From Eledone cirrhosa (Eukaryota), in assembly GCA_964016885.1 (NCBI GenBank), contig OZ024744.1, positions 92,566,001-92,630,000 on the forward strand: a DNA stretch of 64,000 nt, in the 5' to 3' direction. The stretch's first letter is position 1. Every line of letters begins with the position of its first letter. A program made the position numbers and the translations under genes. This document shows, in pieces, positions 1 through 12,835 of this stretch. The notes beneath the pieces were generated by a model. The model did no database searches. It saw nothing but the letters and a program-made list of their open reading frames with translations, and was not told the origin of the DNA.

Positions 1-190
1 GCCACAAGGGCGCAGACATGCCGGGGATTTTACATACAGTCGTGTAAAAATATAAAAACAAACAATTACAACAATCGAAATCCCCAATAGGGGGGAGGCT
101 CCACAAATGGGTTGTTTAATACCCCGTCGATAGAACTTCAGGAGCATGTTGTGCAAGTGTTCCTTTCTTCCTTTTGCTCTCTTCTTCAAC

Positions 191-3100
191 CTACAGGCTT
201 ATAAACAGAGAAGGCCCAAACACTCCGGCCATTTTCGCTTCATTCACCCACCTTTCAGTAAATTTACTGGGGTGCAGTGCCTCTCTCTCCACCCTGATTC
301 TCCTTCTAAAGTGATACTTAAAGAAGAGAATCAATTGTTGTCCGAAGAGAAAGGCATCTGTCCTCAGTCCTCTCAATCTCGTCCACCATCTAACTTATTT
401 CAGCATAGCCACCGTACAGAGGAAAACCGCCTCTCTTCGTTTTTGAAAGAGGCTGGCGGTTTGATCCTTACTATGGACTCGGCAGTCAACTGGATTTGTC
501 CCATACGCGACAGCAGTTGTTCTGCATAGTTCCACAGGTCGGTTACGCCCGGGTAGTGTACAATTGCGTGCAGGACTGTTTCAATGTCCTGCGCGCATCT
601 TACACACGTCCTCTTTGAAGGATCCCTGCCGGGGCGTCTGTGCCTGTAGATCTTGTCACGAACCGGTAAGGCTCCTCGGTAGCACTGCCAGGCCAGGGAC
701 CTCTGGAAGTTGTCCATAGGTCCTGGGCGGAAAGTCCTATCAAACAGACTGGTGAGCTCATCGTCTTCGACGCCCAGAGTCTCTCCGAGCACGTCGTCGC
801 CCTTGTAACGTACAATCCCTCTATAGAATGTCGAAGTGGAGTCTCCACTGATTGCTGCGCCCGCTTGCCAGAGGACTGTGAGCGCCTGAGCGCGTTCAAT
901 GTGCCAGGCGCCCATAGTTTTCGGTCTTTTCTTGACCCAGGACTGCAGCTCCGTCAACGAGACGAGCTGTGGGAAAGCCTGTCTCACAAACGGTGCCCAC
1001 ACCGGTTGGGGGTCGGTGAGGAATACCTGGAGATGCCGCAGCCTCAGCGCATCATCAGCCCCGGCATTCCCAGCCCTCCATTGAAAGGGTACTGACAGCA
1101 GACGGATCTCCTCACCAGCGGAGCCTGCTTCTTCCACAGAAACTGGAAGAGCATGCGTTCCATCTTGGTGAGGTATTCACGGGGACAAGGCACGACAGTC
1201 AAGAGGTAGTAGATGACGGACGCTATGAAAGTGTTCGCCACCTCCGCTCGACCTTTCAAGGACAGTTTGCACTCTGCCCACTTCTGGGTGAGTGCAAACA
1301 CCTTGGCCGTGACCTCGTTCCAGTTTTTCTCCACCTGGAGGTCTGGACCGAACCAGACCCCCAACAATTTCACCGGTCCGTCCGTCCAGCGTTCAAAGAC
1401 GCTGTCGGACGTCATCGGTTTGCCTCTCCACGTACCGAGTTGCAAACCGACAGACTTGTCTGGGTGTAGTTTTGCTCCCGTCAGCGTTTCGTATTCTTTC
1501 AGTAAGTTGCCGATCACCCCGATTTCCGAGGTGCTTGACACAATTACCGTCACGTCGTCGGCATAAGCCGACGCCGCTTTGCGTAGTCCCGGTTCTAGAG
1601 AGATGCCCTGCAACAGCTCCAATTTCCGCAGTAGTGGCTCTAGAGTCAATACATACAGAATGGAGGAGAGGGGGCATCCCTGTCGAATGGAACGCGTGAT
1701 TGTGAACGGCTCCGATAGGTAGCGGTTCACCTTGACCTTTGAGCAGATGCTGGTGTCCATCGCCTCGATCCAGTCTTGAACACGGGACCAAAACCGACCG
1801 CCTTGTATCGATGGTCGACCCTATCGAATGCCTTAGACTGATCCAAATTGATCAGAGCCCCACCGAAGCCGGGTTTACTACCCACGCTCTCTATGATGTA
1901 TCGCATGAGGTGGAGGTTGTCGTGTATGGACCTGGTCGAGATTGCACACGTTTGCACTTTCCCTACCAGGTTCTCGACGACAAGCGCCAACCTCGTCGCT
2001 AGCACCTTGGCCAAAATCTTTAACTCTGTGTTGAACAGAATTATGGGCCTGAAGTTGTTAATATCGTCCCCCTTGTTCTCGTCTTTCCTGATCAGCGTTA
2101 CTATGCCCTTGCCTGCAGAACTGGGAATTCTCCCGTTCTGTTGCCAATTACAGTAGACGGCTTCGAGGACGCCAGAGAACAAGTCCGGCATGCCTATGTA
2201 AAACTCATAGGGAAGACCATCTAGAGCGGGTGACTTGCGTTTCCCGCAGCGGCCCAGAGCGTCCCGTATCTCGGCGTCCGTGTTCGAGAGACGCGGCAGG
2301 CCGTCGAGGTATGAACTAAAGTCCATTGCCCCGTTCGGCTCACCGTCGTTCTGCTCAAACAGTCGCGCAAAGTGCTGCTGAAAGGCCGCGCACATTTTCT
2401 TGGGGTCAAGTAGCACGCGTCCGTTTTGGTCTTTCAAAAACCGAATCGTGGACTTGTTGCCACTTTTTTCCTCCGCCACTCGGGCCCAGCTGACAGCTTT
2501 CGCTCCTTCGTTTCCTAGAGCACGCGTTTTGCTTCTGACCACGCAGCCTTCGTGTTTCGCATCGAAGAACTGGTCCAGTGCCGTTCTCGACGCTAACACT
2601 CTAGCCGCGTTGCCACTTCTAAGTGCCTCCTCTACCTTGGCTATTAGTTCTCTTTCTAGTTTGTTTTTCTCTAAGGCTAACTCACTGCTAAACCCTATCG
2701 ATTCTATTCTAATTGCTTTCTTGAGAGAGTACCACCATTTATTGTTGACGATGGCTCCTGTTAACTGTTGCTTGACTAGTCTACTTATCCGTTCACTGTA
2801 AGCTTTATGTGCCGGCAACGACACGTTCAGCTTCCAGTATCCGGGTCCTTGTTTATGTGTTCTATCACGGTTGACTAAGCAGACGACTAATTTGTGATCT
2901 GAATAGGGAACCATGTGCATTCGTGGACAGCTTAACATCTCCTTGTCCCTTTCTCTAATGAAGAACCTATCTAAATACGATCTAGATGTCCCACTGCGGT
3001 TTGCCCACGTCCACTGTGGTGCAGTCGGGAAATCCAGTCGATACCTATCGGCCAGTTGGAATTAGCCGATTAAAGTTTTGAGGCTGTTGCACCCCGCTCC

Positions 3101-3580
3101 ACTGGGACATGTTCCCACATAGTCCCATCGTGCATCTAGGATACCATTCCAGTCCCCCACTAAAAGTAAGGAGCGAGACGTTCCCAGAAAGGACTCTAAA
3201 CGCTTAACGAAGTCTGGCCGCGATTGTGATTGCTCGGTCGGGGCATAAACGGCCACCAGTCTGAAGGCTCCACCTCCAATACTGTTCACGTCTAGGACTA
3301 CCAGTCTACCCTCCGGGTCCAAGTCTACTTGCTGTACTTCGACGTCCACGTTCTTCCGAAACATGACAGCCAATCCACCTCCACCTCCTGGCTGACAGAG
3401 AGATGTGTAGATCTGCAGGTCGTCGAAGATGGGGGTTAGTTGCTGCCTGTTGTGGATCCTGGACTCGGTGATGGCTATCACATCCATGCCGTGTGACCTA
3501 AGGTCGTTTAAAAGTTGACCCTGTTTCCAGGGCATCTCTAGGCCACGCACATTCACGCTTCCAACTCGTAAACTAGCCAT
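191..3580 (-). pseudogene. LINE ORF2 (APE endonuclease + reverse transcriptase + C-terminal Cys/His zinc motif), frameshifted
   Basis: APE motifs SVNVRGL, VYAP, LVGDWN and SDHK; PGYWKLN linker; RT motifs FRPIILFNTELKILAKVLA, NLDQSKAFDRVDH, RQGCPLS and AYADDV; C-terminal CVRCAQDIETVLHAIVH. Confidence 0.92.
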
Positions 3581-5163
3581 GTTGGTGAAGAAAAGTTGGA
3601 GGAAAAGGGCGAAAGGAGATCGCGTTGTTCAATCCCCATTTGGATGCTAGATGGGGTGTTGGGTGGGGTGGGGTGGGGAAACATTTTAACAGGACGCGGT
3701 TGATGGGTTTCTGGCAGGGGTTGCCCACGTCCTGTGAAAATTTATTTTTTAGGTCATTATAGGTTTCCATATAAATCCTTATAAGTTTAAGGTGTGGAGA
3801 TGATTCTGCCTTGACGAAAGTTTTGCCCTCCGTCTCCACCTTGAGGTTTTGGGAGATGACCTCCATCAAATTCTTGTTGTTTGTGTTGATGTATGCGTAT
3901 TGTTGTTTGTGTTTTTGTTGTGTTGTTTTAGTTTGTTGTTCGTCCGGGAGTTTTCTTTTTATGGTGGGTGCTTGTGTTTGGGGTGGTGTTGGTGTTGGTT
4001 TTGCTGATAGGGGGATGTTTGATTGTGGTGTTGTTTGTGTTGTTGTTTGTGTCTGTAGTTGTGTGTTGGTGTTGGTTGGTGATTGGAGTTTTGGGGGTTT
4101 TGTGGTGTCTCTTTTTTTGTTTTTTAAATTTCCGCGGCTCTCCCTCTTTTTCACTTAAAGAAGGAGAAGCAGTTTCATCCGTCGATGAATAATCATCGTC
4201 AGCTGTGTGGGGTAGGGGTATGTTGTGTGATGATGGTGTTTCGGTGTGTGTGTTTGTGGTAGTGTTTGATGGAGTGGAATGGGTGGGGCTGTGTTCTTCA
4301 GGGGTGTTGTCTGTGTTTTTTCTGTTGTTGTTGGTTGAGTGTATGTTTGTTTTGGTGTGGTTGCTCGTTTCGTCTGTCGTTGTACTTGTGGTGGTGGTGG
4401 TTGTTTTGGTGTTGGTGTTGGAAATAGTGTTTTTTTAATGATGTGTGTTTGTGAAGGACAAGAGGCTTGTAGGTGTGCTGTGCTACCACAGCGAAAGCAA
4501 TGAAATTTTCGTCCTTCTACCGAAATGTTTATTTTGTTGTTATCATCGATGACTCTTTCGAGTATTTTGGAGATTCTCTCCGGCCTCATTTGCAACAGAA
4601 TCTCAAAATCAGTACCCGCCCACCTTTGTCGAATAGACTTTCGTATCGAAAGAATCATATCAGTTTCTGGCTCTACGAAGCCAGCCAAGATCCACCAGAT
4701 GTTATGTTTTGGAGTATAATTTTTTTTTTTTTTTTTTGTGTCCTTTTTCCGATGTATGTAGGGGAAAAGGTGAATGCTTTTGACACCATTGGTGTCACAG
4801 AATGTTTTTGGGCGAGTACCTCGCTTTTAAACAGTACGGAAATACTTCCGTATTGTTTTCCTCGTTGGAGAAAATCGATATTTGCTAGAATTTCCTTGAA
4901 AGTAGCTTCTATATCTGCTTGACTAACAAATATCGGCTTTCTCGTGGAATTGGACACAGTCCTAAAGGTGACTGATCTTCGAACTGTGTCTTCCTTTATT
5001 TCAAGGGGTGAGTTAATTCTAAACCCACTCTTCTCTTCGAAAGTTACAAATTTTTTCCCTTGCTGGAGCATATCTTTTGCATTGGAGATATCAAGATTTA
5101 TAAAATCTTGTTTTTTGTTCACTGTTTCAGCGAAAGACATTTTCTTTGTGTGTGTGGTGTTGC

Positions 5164-5195
<32 letters not shown>

Positions 5196-5526
5196 TTGTT
5201 ATCGTTGTTAGCCTCGGTGTTGGAAATCTCAGTTCCTTGACGAGGTGAAACTTTATGTGTAGATGTATCTGTGGAGTTGTTGATGTCTTTTTCATGTGTA
5301 TGTTAATAGGTTTAATTTCTGTGTTTTCATGTGAGTTAGTGTTATTTTTCTCCGCTTCGACAGTAGAAATTGTACAATTTTCGAGTGGTAACATTTTTTC
5401 CTCTTTGTTGACAGTCGTATCTATGACGACGTCCATAGTAGCAGAAGCAGATATAACGTTGAAATCTGCCTCTTTCTCTCTATTTCTTCTGTTTACGTTC
5501 TCCAGCGTTCCCTTCGTGTTATTCAT
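3573..5526 (-). pseudogene. LINE ORF1 (gag-like, zinc knuckle), frameshifted
   Basis: Consecutive ORF pieces 5119-5526, 4673-5140, 4155-4688 and 3573-4154. CFRCGSTAHLQASC is a CX2CX4HX4C knuckle followed by a P/T/Q-rich tail. The stop overlaps the ORF2 ATG at 3580. Confidence 0.75.
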
Positions 5527-6153
5527 CTTTTATAGTTGGCAAAATTTGATATTTTAAAACAACTTTTAAAATAAAATTTTTGCCCCTAAAGGAGCGAAAA
5601 ATGGGATTACCACCCAGCTGACAATTCAGCTTGGGGGTTTATCTACAAAATAATATGTTTTTTCAAACAATTTGTTCTGTTTTTCGTATATAAATTTTGC
5701 ACAATTCTGCCTAATACTGCACAAATTCTGCAAAAAGTCTGTACAATTCGGCTAAATTCTGCACAAATCCTGCATAATTCTGCACAAATTTTTCACAATT
5801 CAGCACAAATTCTTAAGAACCTTTGGGCACTCACCATTGTAGTATAGGTCTATGGAGACATCCACACTTCGTGTCTGACAGGATATGTTTGCAACTCTTT
5901 CCCTCCTCTACCTCATATTTACATCTACTTACATATCAGAGACAACATTTATGTCCAAATACCATCAGATCACATCAGATTACATCATATCAACCAGGTT
6001 ACCCAATCTCTACCCTGTCTCCTCACCCTATTTAAACTAAAGCCCTCAACTTTTCCTACATCAATGGAATGTACATACAAGGTGTGGAGTCCGCAAGGGA
6101 TATTCCAATAGACAATATATGTCAGCAAGCAGTAACACCAAATAAGAAATAAT

Positions 6154-6337
6154 TGTTTCTACTTTTGACACAAGGCCAGCAATTATCCCAGTGTATTACT
6201 GGTACTTTATTTTATCAACCCCGTAAGGATGAAAGGCAAAGTTAACCTCGGCAGCATTTGAACTCAGACCATAAAGGGCCATAACTCTTTGCTGCAAAAC
6301 ATGGCGTCCAACTCTCTACCGATGCTGCCAATCCACC
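6154..6337 (-). mobile_element. tRNA-derived SINE family A, full length, with TSD
   Basis: Reverse complement of the copy at 13391-13580. TSD AAATAAGAAATAAT at 6140-6153 and 6338-6351. Confidence 0.85.
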
Positions 6338-6423
6338 AAATAAGAAATAATACTGAAGAGTGAGGCTTCATGCATCACCAAAACTTAGGTATGAAATAGG
6401 GGAGGTTTTGGAAACATGGATAT

Positions 6424-8183
6424 AAAAGCACCCAGTTCACACAGTAAAGTGGTTATGCTGGAGTTACAACAAATATCACCCAAACCACCTTGTAAAGTGA
6501 TAGTGCTGGTTTAATGACAAAAAGTACCCAGCCCACCCTGTAAGATAATAGCTTGTACAATGACAAAAAACACCCAGTCCACTCTGTAAAGTGGAGGGTA
6601 CTAGTGCCACAACAAAGAGCACCCTGTTCACCCTGTAAAGTGGCAATGCTGGTACATTGACAGAAAGCACGCTGTCTACCTTGTAAAGTGATAGTGCTGT
6701 ACAATGACAAAAATCACCCAGTCCACTCTGTAAAGTAGTAGTGCTGGTACATTGACAAAAATCACCCAGTCCATTCTGTAATATTGTAGTGCTGGTACAT
6801 TGACAAAAATCACCCAGTCCACTCTGTAAAGTAGTAGTGCTGGTACATTGACAAAAAGCACCCAGTCCACTCTGTAATATTGTAGTGCTGGTGCAATGAC
6901 AAAAATCACCCAGTCCACTCTGTAAAGTAGTAGTGCTGGTACATTGACAAAAAGCACCCAGTCCACTCTGTAATATTGTAGTGCTGGTGCAATGACAAAA
7001 AGCACCCAGTCCACTCTGTAATGTTGTAGTGCTGGTACAATGGCAAAAGTCACCCAGTCCACTCTGTAAAGTAGTAGTGTTGGTACATTGACAAAAAGTA
7101 CCCAGTCCACTCTGTAATGTTGTAGTGCTGATACAATGACAAAAAGCACCCAGTTCACCCTGTAAAGTAGTACAGTCCACTCTGTAATGTTGTAGTGCTG
7201 GAGCAATGACAAAAATCACCCAGTCCACTCTGTAATGTTGTAGTGCTGGTGCAATGACAAAAATCACCCAGTCCACCCTGTAATGTTGTAGTGCTGGTGC
7301 AATGGCAAAAGTCACCCAGTCCACTCTGTAATGTTGTAGTGCTGGTGCAATGACAAAAATCACCCAGTCCACCCTGTAATGTTGTAGTGCTGGTACATTG
7401 ACAAAAAGCACCCAGTCCACTCTGTAATATTGTAGTGCTGGTGCAATGACAAAAATCACCCAGTCCACTCTGTAAAGTAGTAGTGCTGGTACATTGACAA
7501 AAAGCACCCAGTCCACTCTGTAATATTGCAGTGCTGGTGCAATGACAAAAAGCACCCAGTCCACTCTGTAATGTTGTAGTGCTGGTACAATGGCAAAAGT
7601 CACCCAGTCCACTCTGTAAAGTAGTAGTGTTGGTACATTGACAAAAAGTACCCAGTCCACTCTGTAATGTTGTAGTGCTGATACAATGACAAAAAGCACC
7701 CAGTTCACCCTGTAAAGTAGTACAGTCCACTCTGTAATGTTGTAGTGCTGGAGCAATGACAAAAATCACCCAGTCCACTCTGTAATGTTGTAGTGCTGGT
7801 GCAATGACAAAAATTACCCAGTTCACTCTGTAATGTTGTAGTGCTGGTGCAATGGCAAAAGTCACCCAGTCCACTCTGTTATGTTGTAGTGCTGGTGTAA
7901 TGGCAAAAGTCACCCTGTCCACTCTGTAATGTTGTAGTGCTAGTGCAATGACAAAAATCACCCAGTCCACTCTGTAATGTTGTAGTGCTGGTGCAATGAC
8001 AAAAATCACCCAGTCCACCCTGTAAAGTTGTAGTGCTGGTGCAATGACAAAAATCACCCAGTCCACTCTGTAATGTTGTAGTGCTGGTGCAATGACAAAA
8101 ATCACCCAGTCCACCCTGTAATGTTGTAGTGCTGGTGCAATGACAAAATTCACCCAGTCCACTCTGTAATGTTGTAGTGCTGC
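6424..8183. repeat. 48-bp minisatellite (~36 units) derived from the RTE/SINE 3'-tail repeat
   Basis: Unit AATGACAAAAATCACCCAGTCCACTCTGTAATGTTGTAGTGCTGGTGC. There is a 550-bp higher-order duplication (same truncated unit at ~7160 and ~7710), and units decay toward the left end. Confidence 0.92.
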
Positions 8184-8314
8184 CACCATATTAATATAAC
8201 TATAATTTTTAAGCAGGAGTTTGATACATTATTAAACAAAATCTTCTAGCACAAAATAAACAGCTTTTTATCATAGAAGCAGTACTGGTTTGAGGTGGGT
8301 TGCAATCAAAAGGT

Positions 8315-9504
8315 TTAATCCTTTAGCATTTAGACTTGCCGTATCCAGCCAGAATTCTCTCACATCTTTCTGTTCAAACTGGTTTTAACCAGCCAATCAT
8401 ACTTATGTTAAGGTTTGTGCTTAAAATAAGTAATATTAAAATCTCATAGATTTAATATTATGTGAGATAATAATGTAAGATAAAGCCTTTACCACAAAAA
8501 TACTACAGAGTAATGTAAATGTCTTGTGAGATATTATGTGAGATACAGCCTTTACCACAAAAAATCCAATAGTAAATATAGAGTAATAAAAATGCTAAAA
8601 ATACTGGCATATTTGGCCAGAAATTTCTCACCTCTTTCAGTTCAAACCAGCCATAACTGGCCATTCATACTGATGTTAAGGTTTTGTTCTCCAAATGAAT
8701 AATATGAAAGTCTCATAGATTCGATATTATGTGAGATAATTCTGTGAGGAAAAGCTTTACCATGATAATACTATAGTAAATATAGAGTAATGTAAATATT
8801 AAAGGGTTAAACTGGTCATATCCAGCCAGAATTCTCTCACCTCTTTCTGTTCAAACTGACCGTAACCAGCCACTCATACTGATATTAAGGTATTGTTCTC
8901 AAAATAAATAATATCAAAGTCCCATAGATTCAGTATTATGCGAGATAATTATGTGAAGTAAAAACTTTATCACAAAAATACAATATATAGAGTGAAGGTG
9001 CATGGCTTAGTAGTTAGAGCATTGGGCTTGCAATCGAAAGGTTGTGAGTTCAATTCTCGGACCGCGAGATGTGTTGTTTCCTTGAGCAAGACACTTTTTC
9101 ACATTGCTTCAGTTTACTCAGCTGTAGAAATGAGATGATAGGGACTGGGGTCCCTATCATTCCACTGCAAAGTGGTCGTGGAGGCGCCACGGCAAAAAAG
9201 CACCCAGCCCACACTGTAAAGTGGACGTGGAGGCCCCACGGCAAAAAAACACCCAGCCCACACTGTAGAGTGGTCGTGTAGGCGACACGGCAGAAAGCAC
9301 CCAGCACTCACTGTAAATGAGGTTGGTGTTAGGAAGGGCATCCAGCTGTAGAAATCAAGCCAGAATCAGTTCCCGTATGAGCAAGACAAGGTCAGCCGAC
9401 CGGACACTGCCCACAACAGGACACCCCATCTAACCCATGCTAGCATGGAAGAACGGGCATAAAACGGTGATGATGATAGAGTAATGTAAATGTTAAAGGG
9501 TTAA
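8315..9504 (+). mobile_element. piggyBac-like MITE (TTAA-CCCTTTAGCATTTA ends) in three tandem ~210-270 bp units, the last interrupted by a SINE
   Basis: Left end TTAATCCTTTAGCATTTA (8315); right ends TAAATATTAAAGGGTTAA (~8810) and TAAATGTTAAAGGGTTAA (9504). The internal GCCAGAATTCTCTCAC...CTGTTCAAAC block is repeated three times. Confidence 0.7.
8994..9475 (+). mobile_element. tRNA-derived SINE family B with CORE/V-like segment and RTE-derived 3' tail
   Basis: A box TGGCTTAGTAG, B box GTTCAATTC, central CCTTGAGCAAGACACTT. The tail 9161-9475 matches the RTE 3' UTR at 15360-15620 (reverse complement) and ends in (GAT)n. TSD ATAGAGT at 8987-8993 and 9476-9482. Confidence 0.85.
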
Positions 9505-10049
9505 TTAGTAGGTTATACACATTTGAGAAAAGATTTTATAGTGATAGCAACTGCAGACTATACGCAAAAAATGCAATAATGCAATAATGCACTGATAAAG
9601 TGAAAAACTTGGATTATTGTACAATATGACGTACATGGAGAGAGAGAGAGATAGAGAGAGGGTGTGGGAGGAAAGAGGGGGGTGGGGCAGAGAGAAAGAG
9701 AGGGGGAGAGAGAGATAAATATAGATAAAAGCAAGACCATCCACACACATACACACAGACACTCATTGCTATAAGAATCCCATACGTACATACACACATA
9801 CATACGCACATAAATACATACATTACAAAGATACACACACATACACATACATACATACAAACATAGATATATACATACATATATACATACATACGTATAC
9901 ACACACACAAATATACATACGTACATACATACACACAAATACACACATACAGACATACACACATACATACATAAATACATACATACATGTACAAAGTCCT
10001 TACATGTACACTTTACCATCACACACACCACAAGCATAAATAACCTTCT

Positions 10050-12690
10050 GGCACCACCACCACCACTATCACCACAGCCACCACCAGCACCACCACCACA
10101 ACCACAACCACTACCACCATAACCACTACCACCATCAGCACCAGCAACACCATAACCACCACCACCACCACAACCGCTACCACCAGTGCCACCAACACCA
10201 TAACCACCACCACCACTATCACCACAACCACGACTACCACCACCACCCCAACCACAACCACCAACACCATAACCACTACCACCATCAGCACCAGCAACAC
10301 CATAACCACCACCACCACTATCACCACAACCACCAACACCACAACCACCAACACCATAACCACTACCACCATCAGCACCAGCAACACCATAACCACCACC
10401 ACCACTATCACCACAGCCACCACCAGCACCACCACCAACACCATAACCACTACCACCATCAGCACCAGCAACACCATAACCACCACCACCACTATCACCA
10501 CAACCACCATAACCACCACCACCACTATCACCACAACCACCACCACCACTATCACCACAACCACCACCACCACCATCACCACACGAACCACAACCACCAA
10601 CACCATAACCACTACCACCATCAGCACCAGCAACACCATAACCACCACCACCACTATCACCACAGCCACCACCAGCACCACCACCAACACCATAACCACT
10701 ACCACCATCAGCACCAGCAACACCATAACCACCACCACCACTATCACCACAACCACCATAACCACCACAACCACCAACACCATAACCACCACCACCACTA
10801 TCACCACAACCACCACCACCACCACCACCCGAACCACAACCACCAACACCATAACCACTACCACCATCAGCACCAGCAACACCATAACCACCACCACCAC
10901 TATCACCACAACCACCACCACCACCACCACCAACACCACAACCACCAACACCATAAACACCACTACCACCATCAGCACAACCACCACCACCACCCCAACC
11001 ACAACCACCAACACCATAACCTCTACCACCATCAGCACCAGCAACATCATAACCACCACCACCACTATCACCACAACCACCACCACCACAACCACCAACA
11101 CCACAACCACCAACACCATAACCACTACCACCATCAGCACCAGCAACATCATAACCACCACCACCACTATCACCACAACCACCACCACCACTACCACCAC
11201 CCGAACCACAACCACCAACACCATAAACACCACCACCACTATCACCACAACCACCACTACCACCACACCACGAACCACAACCACCAACACCATAACCACT
11301 ACCACCATCAGCACCAGCAACACCATAACCACCACCACCACTATCACCACAACCACCACCACCACCACCACCAACACCACAACCACCAACACCATAAACA
11401 CCACTACCACCATCAGCACAACCACCACCACCACCCCAACCACAACCACCAACACCATAACCTCTACCACCATCAGCACCAGCAACATCATAACCACCAC
11501 CACCACTATCACCACAACCACCACCACCACAACCACCAACACCACAACCACCAACACCATAACCACTACCACCATCAGCACCAGCAACATCATAACCACC
11601 ACCACCACTATCACCACAACCACCACCACCACCACCACCACCCGAACCACAACCACCAACACCATAAACACCACCACCACTATCACCACAACCACCACTA
11701 CCACCACACCACGAACCACAACCACCAACACCATAACCACTACCACCATCAGCACCAGCAACACCATAACCACCACCACCACTATCACCACAACCACCAC
11801 CACCACCACACCACGAACCACAACCACCAACACCATAACCACTACCACCACTATCACCACAACCACCACCACCACCACCACCACCCGAACCACAACCACC
11901 AACACCATAACCACCACCACCACTATCACCACAACCACCACCACCACCACACCACGAACCACAACCACCAACACCATAACCACTACCACCATAACCACCA
12001 CCAACACCATAACCACCACCAACACCATAACCACCACCACCACTACCACCACACCACAAACCACAACCACCAACACCATAACCACCGCCACCACTATAAC
12101 CACAACCACCACCACCACCACCACCACCCGAACCACAACCACCAACACCATAACCACTACCACCATCAGCACTAGCAACACCATAAACACCACCACCACT
12201 ATCACCACAACCACCACCACCACCACACCACGAACCACAACCACCAACACCATAATCACTACCACCATCAGCACCAGCAACACCATAAACACCACCACCA
12301 CTATCACCACAACCACCACCACCACCACCACCCGAACCACAACCACCAACACTATAACCACTACCACCATCAGCACCAGCAACACCATAACCACCACCAC
12401 TATCACCACAACCACCACTACCACCACACCACGAACCACAACCACCAACACCATAACCACTACCACCATCATCACCAGCAACACCATAAACACCACCACC
12501 ACCACAACCACCACCACCACCACACCACCCCAACCACAACCACCAACACCATAACCACTACCACCATCAGCACCAGCAACACCATAAACACCACCACCAC
12601 AACGGCTACCACCAGTGCCACCAACACCATAACCACCACCACCACCACCACCACCACCACCGCCACAATCACCATCACCAAAACCATCAT
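10050..12690. repeat. (ACC/GGT)n-derived complex minisatellite; Gly/Cys/Tyr-rich open frame on the minus strand
   Basis: Strict 3-nt phase, recurring modules (GYGVAGADGG, GCGDSGGGG) and a 441-bp internal duplication (CTCTACCACC at 11021 and 11462). Confidence 0.85.
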
Positions 12691-12710
12691 CATTATCATG
12701 GCCATCATTT

Positions 12711-12835
12711 CCATTCTGAGTTCAAATCCCGCCGCGGTTAACTTTGCCTTTCATCCTTACAGGGATCGATAACATAAAGTACCTGTAATACACTGGTATA
12801 ATTGCTGGCCTTGTGTCAAAAAGTAGAAACAATTA
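12711..12835 (+). mobile_element. SINE family A, 5'-truncated
   Basis: B box GTTCAAATCCC, then CTTTGCCTTTCATCC...GGCCTTGTGTCAAAAAGTAGAAAC. Confidence 0.8.

Larger units (their letters stand above)
1..5820 (-). mobile_element. L1/Tx1-like non-LTR retrotransposon, near full length, disrupted; 3' UTR probably runs off the left window edge
   Basis: Minus-strand order: 5' UTR with short TCTGCACAAAT repeats (~5695-5812), ORF1 fragments with a CCHC knuckle, then ORF2 with APE endonuclease, RT and a C-terminal Cys/His motif. Multiple frameshifts and stops. Confidence 0.9.

Noticed and set aside
6476-8189. ORFs of 16-aa repeats (ALQHYRVDWVIFVIAP)
   Set aside because: They are translations of the 48-bp UTR-derived satellite and switch frame at truncated units.
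8994-9070. tRNA gene
   Set aside because: A and B boxes are present, but there is no acceptor stem or cloverleaf and the sequence continues into a SINE body. The same applies to 13391-13480.
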